Origin: a virus
Lineage: Duplodnaviria; Caudoviricetes
Virus record (IMG/VR): IMGVR_UViG_3300032292_000502
Coordinates: 1 to 29,714 of that record
Reading direction: 5' to 3' (one strand)
Length of the DNA: 29,714 nucleotides
Of this stretch, positions 1 to 7,022 are shown one piece after another. The notes beneath the pieces are model-generated. The model worked only from the letters and a program-made list of their open reading frames with translations, searched no databases and was not told the origin of the DNA. How positions within the stretch are numbered: position 1 is the stretch's first letter; every line of letters starts with the position of its first letter. The translations under genes were made by a program, and so were the position numbers.

Positions 1-325
1 ATATACCAAATTCACCTAAATCTGTTTCAACTAAAATTTCTTTATCTGTGTCGTTTACGTGGATAGCGTTGCGAGAATATAAATAACGAGCTTCAGCCCA
101 CATATCTAAAAACGCATCTGAGCCGTAACGAAATAAATTTTCATTTATAGGTACTCTATTTTCAACATGGTATTTCATGTTTTCTGTCATAACGATCTTT
201 GATGTAAGACTTTCGTTAAGTACAGGGCCAGGATTTCCCACGTTTTCACATGAATGGCAACCACAATTACATTTATCTGGTTGTTTTGTTAATATTTCTC
301 TAACTATGTGTCTGATTTGGTCCAT
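1..325 (-). CDS. Hypothetical phage protein, 3'-truncated by the window edge (not in ORF track)
   Basis: Translated by hand from ATG at 325: MDQIRHIVREILTKQPDKCNCGCHSCENVGNPGPVLNES...ETDLGEFGI, open to the window edge (108 codons); ATATTTATA lies 3 nt upstream. Confidence 0.85.
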   Translation of the reverse strand, partial: MDQIRHIVREILTKQPDKCNCGCHSCENVGNPGPVLNESLTSKIVMTENMKYHVENRVPINENLFRYGSDAFLDMWAEARYLYSRNAIHVNDTDKEILVETDLGEFGI

Positions 326-328
326 GGT

Positions 329-337
329 TATAAATAT
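329..337 (-). promoter_or_regulatory. ATATTTATA motif, putative phage late promoter
   Basis: Exact motif in the 13-nt gap between two genes; recurs in other intergenic gaps. Confidence 0.6.
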
Positions 338-338
338 G

Positions 339-1187
339 TTATACTATCAAAGCATTGCTTGGTACAGAATCAGTGATAACAATTCTAAAATTAGAATCGC
401 CCTTACTAGGAGATTTAGTTATTAATTTAGGTAATTTACCAGATTGGGGTGGAGTAGCATCAAATCTTTGATCTTCTCGTCTTTTTCTAAGTCTAAGGTA
501 AAGATTCTTTTTACTAACTTCTTCAGGAGTTAAAAGATTAGCATTTTCTATAGTTAAAGTATTGTCATCTAATGATGACACAACATCCATGGGACCTATA
601 TAAATAAAATCTATAGGACCACCGCTAGCTTCATTGCCTCTAATTATAGTAGCAGCTATGTCATCGGGTATTTTAGAGTATATATCTGGGAGTGCGTCTC
701 CTGTTTTAAGACCTTTAGACACTAATTTTTCGTACGCAGATGTAATAAAATTGTTAACTAAATCAGGGCTAATGGTTTTTAAACCTGTTAACCCTCCTCC
801 AGCCAATGATGGACTAGAAGAACCTTTCATTGAAATATTAATATCTCCTTTAGAAGAATTTAAAACTACGTCGGTTATAGGTTCTTTACCGGCTTCAGTA
901 GCTTTAGAATATTTTTCAGCACCTGTTATGTTATAAAGAGTTTTATTTTTAAATTTAACACCTATAGGACCATTAACAGAAGCATTTTTTACAGCATTAA
1001 TAAATGCTTGTTCTTGTCTTTCAAATTTTTCTCCAGCTTCGTCTAATGCTTTTTTTTCACTTAAACTAATATCTAAATCTTCTAATAAACTATTTAAAAG
1101 CACAACATCCTGTTCATTATTCATGTCAGGATATCCTTTAGGAAACTTATAAGAAATCTGTCGTATAAATTTTTCTACTATATCCAT
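339..1187 (-). CDS. Hypothetical protein, possible PD-(D/E)XK restriction-endonuclease-like fold
   Basis: 282 aa; E(QAF)...EPITDVVL...INISMK resembles an E...D...SxK variant of the PD-(D/E)XK active site; TAATG coupling to the upstream gene. Confidence 0.5.
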   Translation of the reverse strand: MDIVEKFIRQISYKFPKGYPDMNNEQDVVLLNSLLEDLDISLSEKKALDEAGEKFERQEQAFINAVKNASVNGPIGVKFKNKTLYNITGAEKYSKATEAGKEPITDVVLNSSKGDINISMKGSSSPSLAGGGLTGLKTISPDLVNNFITSAYEKLVSKGLKTGDALPDIYSKIPDDIAATIIRGNEASGGPIDFIYIGPMDVVSSLDDNTLTIENANLLTPEEVSKKNLYLRLRKRREDQRFDATPPQSGKLPKLITKSPSKGDSNFRIVITDSVPSNALIV

Positions 1188-1696
1188 TACGCTGGTGTTT
1201 CTTCAGTTGGAGTTTCTTCGGCTGGTGCTTCTGGGGCTGGAGCTTCAGGAGCTGCTGCTTCAGGTGATTCAGCTGGAGGTGCCTCTTCTGTTTGAGCTTT
1301 ACCACCATATGATAATATTCTAGCAATTGCTTCTATGCAATTTTGTTCTTCACTTAAATTAAGTAAATAATATTTTTTACCTTCTACTTTACCAATCCAT
1401 GTTCTATCAGTATAGATCATGTAGAATGGTTGGTCGTTAGCTAATATAATTCTAAATGTAGTAGGACGTGGGGCTACCCACTCAATATCTTTTAAAAATA
1501 ATTCATATTGATCCGTTAACATTTTTACAATAATATCCTTAAGTGTAGGAAATTTAACTAAAACAGGAAAACGTTCACTATCTAATGATACAGGTTCTGG
1601 GTTGTCTAAGTCAACTTCGGCCCCAGATTGTTTAGTTGTTGAGTATACTTGCTTAACTAAAGCTTTAATTCTATCTCTTAATTCGCTTTTAGTCAT
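1187..1696 (-). CDS. Hypothetical phage protein with Pro/Ala/Glu-rich C-terminal tail
   Basis: Likely start MTKSELRDRIK at 1696 (8-nt overlap with the upstream gene) rather than 1711; tail EEAPPAESPEAAAPEAPAPEAPAEETPTEETPA. Confidence 0.8.
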   Translation of the reverse strand: MTKSELRDRIKALVKQVYSTTKQSGAEVDLDNPEPVSLDSERFPVLVKFPTLKDIIVKMLTDQYELFLKDIEWVAPRPTTFRIILANDQPFYMIYTDRTWIGKVEGKKYYLLNLSEEQNCIEAIARILSYGGKAQTEEAPPAESPEAAAPEAPAPEAPAEETPTEETPA

Positions 1697-2180
1697 TTGT
1701 TTTAGAATCAAGGTTTACAATTGAATTATAATCACTCATGTTGAGTGCTCTTTCGTTGTTGGAAATTTCTAACATGTTTTCTACAGCGGCATGTAAATCC
1801 ATGTCTGTTTTAGCATCTTCTTTAGCAAATTCTAACATACGAATTAACAACGGAATATCCATTGTTACTAAATCTATTGGATTTTTTTCGTCCTCAACTG
1901 CTTTACGATTTTTAAGATATTCAGTTGAATCAATAACTTCTTCAACTGGTTGAGGTTTAGTTGAAAGAACGTTTTTAATCATTTCTTTAATGCGTTGTTT
2001 TGATTCTTTTGTTGCCATATTTTTAGCCAATTTTATTGATCTACCTCTAGCTACATTTTCCGCTTCTGCACCGTAATCTTCTATAAATTTATCTGCTTCG
2101 TTTTTATACTGATTAAAGAGCTGGCGTGATATGGCCAGCTCTCTAGTCGTTAATCCTTCAGATAAATTATATATATGCAT
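1689..2180 (-). CDS. Hypothetical phage protein
   Basis: 163 aa, charged and helical; start overlaps the upstream stop as TAATG. Confidence 0.8.
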   Translation of the reverse strand: MHIYNLSEGLTTRELAISRQLFNQYKNEADKFIEDYGAEAENVARGRSIKLAKNMATKESKQRIKEMIKNVLSTKPQPVEEVIDSTEYLKNRKAVEDEKNPIDLVTMDIPLLIRMLEFAKEDAKTDMDLHAAVENMLEISNNERALNMSDYNSIVNLDSKTND

Positions 2181-2359
2181 TATCCTTTAGCAATTTTTAC
2201 TTCAGCTACTGAGGCTTTGTTATAAGCAGAAATTGTTTTTTTCATTTCACTTAATGCTTTACGTGCTCTGCCTTTGGCAGCTTTGGTTGTGTCTTCGTGG
2301 TTTAATTTAGCAGTTTCAAATAACTCACTAATTTTTGCAAATAGTTCTTGTGTGTTCAT
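2180..2359 (-). CDS. Small basic histone H1-like (Hc1-family-like) protein, 59 aa (not in ORF track)
   Basis: MNTQELFAKISELFETAKLNHEDTTKAAKGRARKALSEMKKTISAYNKASVAEVKIAKG*; KAAxxRARKA resembles the Hc1-family core; fills the gap exactly, with an A-rich leader and TAATG overlap. Confidence 0.75.
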   Translation of the reverse strand: MNTQELFAKISELFETAKLNHEDTTKAAKGRARKALSEMKKTISAYNKASVAEVKIAKG

Positions 2360-2378
2360 ATATTTTATTTGTTTGTTT

Positions 2379-2756
2379 TTAAGCGGTCATACTTTGTTTT
2401 TCAACACCTAACACTTGTGTCCTAACAAGCATAGTTAAAGTATTTCCGATTTGTTTAATTAACTTTTCGTCACCCAATTGTTGAGCATTAGCTAATGCTT
2501 TTTGTAACAAGTCTTGGATGGTTTTTATTTCAGGTTTAATATCTAATTCACCTGTTGCAGCTGGTACAGCATCAACTGCTGGTTCAGCTGTAGTATCCAT
2601 TGCTGGTTCGGCAGGAATTTCTTCCTCTGTGCCTAAATCAATTTCAATATCTTTTTGAGGAGCTACGTCTTTTGATTTCTTTTTAGCTTCATTTAAACCT
2701 TTATATTCGTCTAATATAATTTCTTTTAAATTTTTGATGAAGTCAGATTTTTTCAT
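2379..2756 (-). CDS. Hypothetical protein, possible head-internal/scaffold-like
   Basis: 125 aa; starts MKKSDFIKNLKEIILDE..LNEA; acidic Pro/Ala linker; preceded by ATATTTATA. Confidence 0.75.
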   Translation of the reverse strand: MKKSDFIKNLKEIILDEYKGLNEAKKKSKDVAPQKDIEIDLGTEEEIPAEPAMDTTAEPAVDAVPAATGELDIKPEIKTIQDLLQKALANAQQLGDEKLIKQIGNTLTMLVRTQVLGVEKQSMTA

Positions 2757-2770
2757 TATAGTGATTTTAT

Positions 2771-2779
2771 TATAAATAT
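2771..2779 (-). promoter_or_regulatory. ATATTTATA motif, putative phage late promoter
   Basis: Exact intergenic motif 14 nt upstream of ATG 2756. Confidence 0.6.
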
Positions 2780-2797
2780 GTGATATTTAATTAAATT

Positions 2798-3418
2798 TTA
2801 AGATTTATCGTGTAGATAATCGGTAAGAATTGAACCTATCGCACCCACTTTAGACCTTAATAATATCCATTCATTCAATTGTAACTCGCGAGGTTGTTTA
2901 TAGTATGATATAGCTAAAGCACCCACAAAATCGTCATTTAAATCTTTAATAGCTATCATATAAAATGATTTAGTTTTATATTCTTTACCAATAACTGGAA
3001 ATAACCCGCAGTCAGTTTGGTTATTTTTAGTATCAGGAACGTCAATTTCTCCAGCATTATACAATGTTGAAAATACTTTTGGAAATAACGATACAGGGAT
3101 GTTTTGAAATGTTTCTTTTATTGAATGAGCATGTTCAGTTGTGCGCTCATAAAATATGCTAAATTTTTTAATTGACTTGCTGGTTGGGTAAAAATTACTA
3201 CCGTTATGAAATTGTGAAATGCAAATACGATCGCATTCTAATTCTTCCATAAGCAGTTCAAGTTGTTGATCTACCTTTTCATCTGTTGAAATAGATTTAC
3301 CTAAAGCATCACTTTTTTTATTTAAAAATTTAATTTTAATAAATTCAACAGCTAATGGTCCAAATAAGGCTGTTATAAGGGCTACAAGTACAGTTAAAAT
3401 AGAGCTAAGCATTGTCAT
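2798..3418 (-). CDS. N-terminal transmembrane + GAF-like domain protein (T4 holin T-like candidate)
   Basis: Hydrophobic ILTVLVALITALFGPLAV followed by a GAF-like pattern (CDRICISQFHNG...KSFYMIAIKDLNDDFVGALAISY). Confidence 0.55.
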   Translation of the reverse strand: MTMLSSILTVLVALITALFGPLAVEFIKIKFLNKKSDALGKSISTDEKVDQQLELLMEELECDRICISQFHNGSNFYPTSKSIKKFSIFYERTTEHAHSIKETFQNIPVSLFPKVFSTLYNAGEIDVPDTKNNQTDCGLFPVIGKEYKTKSFYMIAIKDLNDDFVGALAISYYKQPRELQLNEWILLRSKVGAIGSILTDYLHDKS

Positions 3419-3972
3419 TTTTTAAGGCTTTGTAAATATTTGATTGTTTCTTCTTTATCTTCTAGTAACTTTTTCTTTGAAGAACCAACCCAACGTTCTA
3501 CATCACCATCTTCCGTGACATAAGAATCGTTAGAACTGTTTATAACTTCGTCCATCCAAGTACTATAGTCTTTGGTTACGTTGTCAATATCGCTGTTTAT
3601 AATGTTTTTTTCGTATTCTTCCCACAAACCTAATTTGCGCAATTCAGTTTCAAATTCTATTTGACAATTAAAACATCTTTTATACTGAATGTAGAATAAT
3701 TTATCGTATTTGTGATTCATTAATTGTTTGCAACCAGAACAAAACAATGGTAAAGTTACAGATTTTTTAGCTTTATCCCATTTAGTTAAGTTTTGTTTAA
3801 TACCATTTTTAATAGTCCAAGTACGACCACCTTCTTCCCACACATCACCTTCATTATGAAAATCCTGTTGTTTTGAATAACCTACACCAGATGTGGTGCG
3901 TTCGCCTGCTTTACCTTTAACTATATTACGCAGTCTTTGAACGTCTTTATTTTTAAATTCTTTATTTAACAT
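3415..3972 (-). CDS. Hypothetical protein with CxxC...CxxC zinc-binding motif
   Basis: 185 aa; CSGC and CFNC pairs; ATGA overlap with the downstream gene. Confidence 0.8.
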   Translation of the reverse strand: MLNKEFKNKDVQRLRNIVKGKAGERTTSGVGYSKQQDFHNEGDVWEEGGRTWTIKNGIKQNLTKWDKAKKSVTLPLFCSGCKQLMNHKYDKLFYIQYKRCFNCQIEFETELRKLGLWEEYEKNIINSDIDNVTKDYSTWMDEVINSSNDSYVTEDGDVERWVGSSKKKLLEDKEETIKYLQSLKK

Positions 3973-3975
3973 AAC

Positions 3976-4509
3976 TTACAGTCCTATTTGTTTTAATTTT
4001 TCAATTGTATCAGCAGCAGATGTATGTAATATTCCTATACCACCTTTAGATTTCCATTCTTCAATGTTATCTGCTCTGTCGTCTATTAATATTCTATTTG
4101 GTTTAGAATAATCTTGTTTATTTTCACGTTTAGCTAAAATTAATTTTACACCAGGTAAATTATCTTTTACCCAAACACGTTTACCATAACGTGATGATGG
4201 TTTTTGAGATGGTGCTGATAATAACATTGGTTTATATTTTTCTATATAACTCCAAAGTTGTTTTCCATCAGGCATCCAAGGCATTTTAGCCCAAAATTCA
4301 AATCCTACTTTATCGTCTATAAGTTTCCAAAACTGACTTTTACTAAATTTAGCCTGGTATTCGTCAGGAACCATACCTCCAAAGTATTCAAAACGCTTGT
4401 CAAAGTCAGTTAAAACACCATCCATGTCACAAAATATTTTATATTGAGCGACCTGAGCGGCTTGTTCTTCCTCTTTAAGTTGTTTATATAACGCTGTTAA
4501 TTTATACAT
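3976..4509 (-). CDS. HAD-superfamily phosphatase, 5'(3')-deoxyribonucleotidase (NT5C)-like
   Basis: IFCDMDGVLTDF (motif I), LSAP (motif II), K and ILIDD (motif IV). Probable start MYKLTAL at 4509. Confidence 0.85.
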   Translation of the reverse strand: MYKLTALYKQLKEEEQAAQVAQYKIFCDMDGVLTDFDKRFEYFGGMVPDEYQAKFSKSQFWKLIDDKVGFEFWAKMPWMPDGKQLWSYIEKYKPMLLSAPSQKPSSRYGKRVWVKDNLPGVKLILAKRENKQDYSKPNRILIDDRADNIEEWKSKGGIGILHTSAADTIEKLKQIGL

Positions 4510-5437
4510 TTTTAATTGAATCTTCCCAATTTCTAAAACACATATTTCCATGCTCATATGCTTCACGTTCCAGTTGGTCTAATTCTCCACCTTCATTTGT
4601 ATTAGTGGTGTGAATGTTATTTAGTCGACCTTCGTTATCTTGAATACGGTGAATCATCTCATGAGCGTATGAACGTAATATATCTTTTGGATGACGGCCA
4701 AGGGTAAATAAAGTGATTGAACAACTTGAGGGATCGTAATATGCTGTTTTACCTAAAATGTTTGAAGCGTTTTCAGAATCGTTGTTTATTATTTTTAATT
4801 TAGGTAATGGTTTGATGTTCATACCACTATCTAACATATATTTAGTTAACGATGCTAATGCGCTTTTAAAATCTGTGGGTTGTTCATGTTGACAACCACA
4901 GCTTTCTTCTAATTTACTATAACTTAATGCTTTTATAAAGTCCTGATAATCGATTCCTGCTGGTAAAAATTGAGTAATGTTTTGGTTTGTATTTAATGCT
5001 GTTCTGAAGTCAGATGCATTTAAGTTTTTACCTTCAACTGTTTTAGTTCCACCATCTACTATGGTTACATTAGGTTTATCAACTAATGCTTTATATCTGT
5101 CAAATTCGCCTTTACCAAATGCTGCTAAAAATTTGTCGTTAGGATGATCTTTAATGTAATCTAAAACATATTTTACAGGTGAACCCTCAGCAATTACAAT
5201 TTCAATTTTATTTCCTAATAGTGTTTTATATAATTCCCAAACCGTTTTACTTTGTGAAGCTGTTATGTTGTCAATTTGTTTAGGAGAAATTATAATTACT
5301 ACTCTATCGGCTTTAGTTAATAAGTCTTTAGCTACTTCAAAATGCCCAGCATGTGGTGGCTTGAATTTACCTGGGTAGAGAGCTACAGTTTCTCCTTCCA
5401 ATAACGGTTGTATAAGTTCTTTAACTAATGAATTCAT
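4502..5437 (-). CDS. HxGH nucleotidyltransferase (cytidylyltransferase/NMNAT/PPAT-like) fused to a C-terminal HExxH zincin-like domain
   Basis: ALYPGKFKPPHAGH and NASDFR (SxS/T..R-like) motifs; C-terminal RSYAHEMIHRIQ...EREAY. Probable start MNSLVKE at 5437. Confidence 0.8.
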   Translation of the reverse strand: MNSLVKELIQPLLEGETVALYPGKFKPPHAGHFEVAKDLLTKADRVVIIISPKQIDNITASQSKTVWELYKTLLGNKIEIVIAEGSPVKYVLDYIKDHPNDKFLAAFGKGEFDRYKALVDKPNVTIVDGGTKTVEGKNLNASDFRTALNTNQNITQFLPAGIDYQDFIKALSYSKLEESCGCQHEQPTDFKSALASLTKYMLDSGMNIKPLPKLKIINNDSENASNILGKTAYYDPSSCSITLFTLGRHPKDILRSYAHEMIHRIQDNEGRLNNIHTTNTNEGGELDQLEREAYEHGNMCFRNWEDSIKNV

Positions 5438-6176
5438 TGATTTTAGATTTAGCATCTTCCATAGTTGCAAACTCAGGTAAGTTTTTAACCATGTTTTCAA
5501 TATCTTTATTAAGTTGTTCCTTGTCAGCTTTAGATTTAGCTATTTCTTCAGGTGTTTTAGGTTTACCTTTAGCTTTAGAGGCTTGAAAAAATGGAGCAGT
5601 AAGTTCTGGAGAGAATGTTTTAGTTGCTCCTTCAGGATCGTTGTTTATTAATATAAAATTGTCTTTAAATTCTTGTTTATAAGTGTTTATATTTTGATTT
5701 ACGTCTCTCCAAGTACGTAAAATAATGCTAGGCATTAAACTACGATCACGACCCTGATTACGTTCTAAAGACGTTAATGGTGAAACATAAATCATTAACA
5801 TTAAACATTTATAACCTAAATTTTCTAATTCTTGTTTCTTTTTTAATAGAGGTTTTGATGCACCACCAGTACCATCTATAATTAAATTTTTACGTTCAGA
5901 TGAAGATTGTGCTAATTTTTCTTTAGTAGCTTTTTGGGCTTGACCCATTAATTTAGCTGCTTGAGACAATTCATCTGCTGTAAAATCTTTTTGTTTTAAA
6001 CCTAAACCACTTGCTTTTAGTAATTCTTCGTAAGTATCATCTATGTTGATAGTAGTGAAAGTTGTAGGTAAAAGTTGTTTTGAAACATATGACTTACCAC
6101 TGCCCGCAGGTCCCGCTAAAAATATAGCTTTTGGCTGGTTTGCCGCTTCCAGTAATAGATCGATAAGTTTAATCAT
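5421..6176 (-). CDS. P-loop kinase, zeta-toxin/AAA_33 (PNK-like) family
   Basis: AIFLAGPAGSGKS Walker A, INIDD, LIIDGTG and RNQGRDR lid motif. Confidence 0.85.
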   Translation of the reverse strand: MIKLIDLLLEAANQPKAIFLAGPAGSGKSYVSKQLLPTTFTTINIDDTYEELLKASGLGLKQKDFTADELSQAAKLMGQAQKATKEKLAQSSSERKNLIIDGTGGASKPLLKKKQELENLGYKCLMLMIYVSPLTSLERNQGRDRSLMPSIILRTWRDVNQNINTYKQEFKDNFILINNDPEGATKTFSPELTAPFFQASKAKGKPKTPEEIAKSKADKEQLNKDIENMVKNLPEFATMEDAKSKINEFIS

Positions 6177-6180
6177 ACTC

Positions 6181-6226
6181 TAAATATAAATAAAAGACCT
6201 AGCTAAGCCAAGTCTGTTATAAATAT
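6181..6226 (-). promoter_or_regulatory. Composite control region: ATATTTATA (6218-6226), second TATTTATA (6185-6192), overlapping Bacteroidota-like CTTG-N20-TATATTTA
   Basis: Minus strand reads ATATTTATAACAGACTTGGCTTAGCTAGGTCTTTTATTTATATTTAGAGT-ATG. Confidence 0.5.
6189..6215 (-). terminator. Possible intrinsic terminator or regulatory hairpin
   Basis: AGACTTGGC-TTA-GCTAGGTCT, a 9-bp stem with two G-U pairs, followed by TTTATT, just after the exonuclease stop. Confidence 0.45.
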
Positions 6227-6227
6227 G

Positions 6228-7022
6228 TTAAATACCTGGATCGATCTGTACTTCTGTTGGGAATTGTTCAAATGTTGGTTTAACTTCGGGGTGTTCTAAT
6301 TTGTATAATTCATGTATATACCCGAATAATTTTATGTTTTCTTTTAGTGATTTTTCCGATTCGTATATTTCCCAACCTTTGCCTTGTATTTTTTCACCTT
6401 TTTTATCTTCGCCACGTTTTGATGATTTTAGCCAAAGAATGCCCATTCTGTCAATTTTTTCTTCATATAATTCGTTCCATGCTTGGGCGTAAGCAGCTAA
6501 CTGTAAATCGTAGCTGGTGTGTAGTGAATTTGACGTTTTGATATCTAATAACCATTTTTTACCGTCTATTTCAATTACTAAATCGCAAGTGCCAGCATAT
6601 ATGTATTTGTCTGAAAATAAATGTATTTCACTTTCAATCAATGTTGGTTTATATGTAGACCAAAATTCATGGAATTTTAAAACCATTTTCCAAATGTCTA
6701 ATGAATATTTTGAATACCCATTTTCGTCCATCCAGGTAATTTTTTCACCCAATAAATAACGCTCAATAGCATCATGTACTTGTGTACCTTCTTCAGCAGC
6801 TTTTCTAGCTATAACATCGGCATTGTGACCTACATCTTTTAACCAATTTTCAAAAAATTTACCTTTAGGCATGTATTGTAAAATACTAGTTACTGAAGGG
6901 TAGTACTTGTCATTTCTAGTATAGTATCTTGTATCTAAGATGTTAACACGTTTTGAGTCTTGATCTACGGCTACAATGCGTTTAACACTTTTTTTATAGA
7001 CGTTTACATTTTTTTCAATCAT
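6228..7022 (-). CDS. PD-(D/E)XK exonuclease (Cas4/RecB-like phage nuclease)
   Basis: YPSVTSIL, GTQVH, AGTCD...LLDIKTS and QLAAYA motifs. Confidence 0.88.
   Translation of the reverse strand: MIEKNVNVYKKSVKRIVAVDQDSKRVNILDTRYYTRNDKYYPSVTSILQYMPKGKFFENWLKDVGHNADVIARKAAEEGTQVHDAIERYLLGEKITWMDENGYSKYSLDIWKMVLKFHEFWSTYKPTLIESEIHLFSDKYIYAGTCDLVIEIDGKKWLLDIKTSNSLHTSYDLQLAAYAQAWNELYEEKIDRMGILWLKSSKRGEDKKGEKIQGKGWEIYESEKSLKENIKLFGYIHELYKLEHPEVKPTFEQFPTEVQIDPGI

Noticed and set aside
1190-1290. GC-richer repetitive stretch as a DNA repeat element
   Set aside because: Explained by the Pro/Ala/Glu low-complexity protein tail.
4510-5500. Longer ORF-track starts at 5500 and 4566 (also 1711)
   Set aside because: They create longer overlaps with the upstream genes; downstream ATGs at 5437, 4509 and 1696 give short coupled overlaps and the shared leader pattern.
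5421-6176. Zeta/epsilon toxin-antitoxin pair
   Set aside because: No small antitoxin-like ORF upstream; the neighbours are enzymes.
6228-7022. Cas4-like nuclease as evidence of a CRISPR-Cas system
   Set aside because: No repeat-spacer array or other cas genes seen, no four-Cys Fe-S motif, and it sits next to the primase like an ordinary phage exonuclease.
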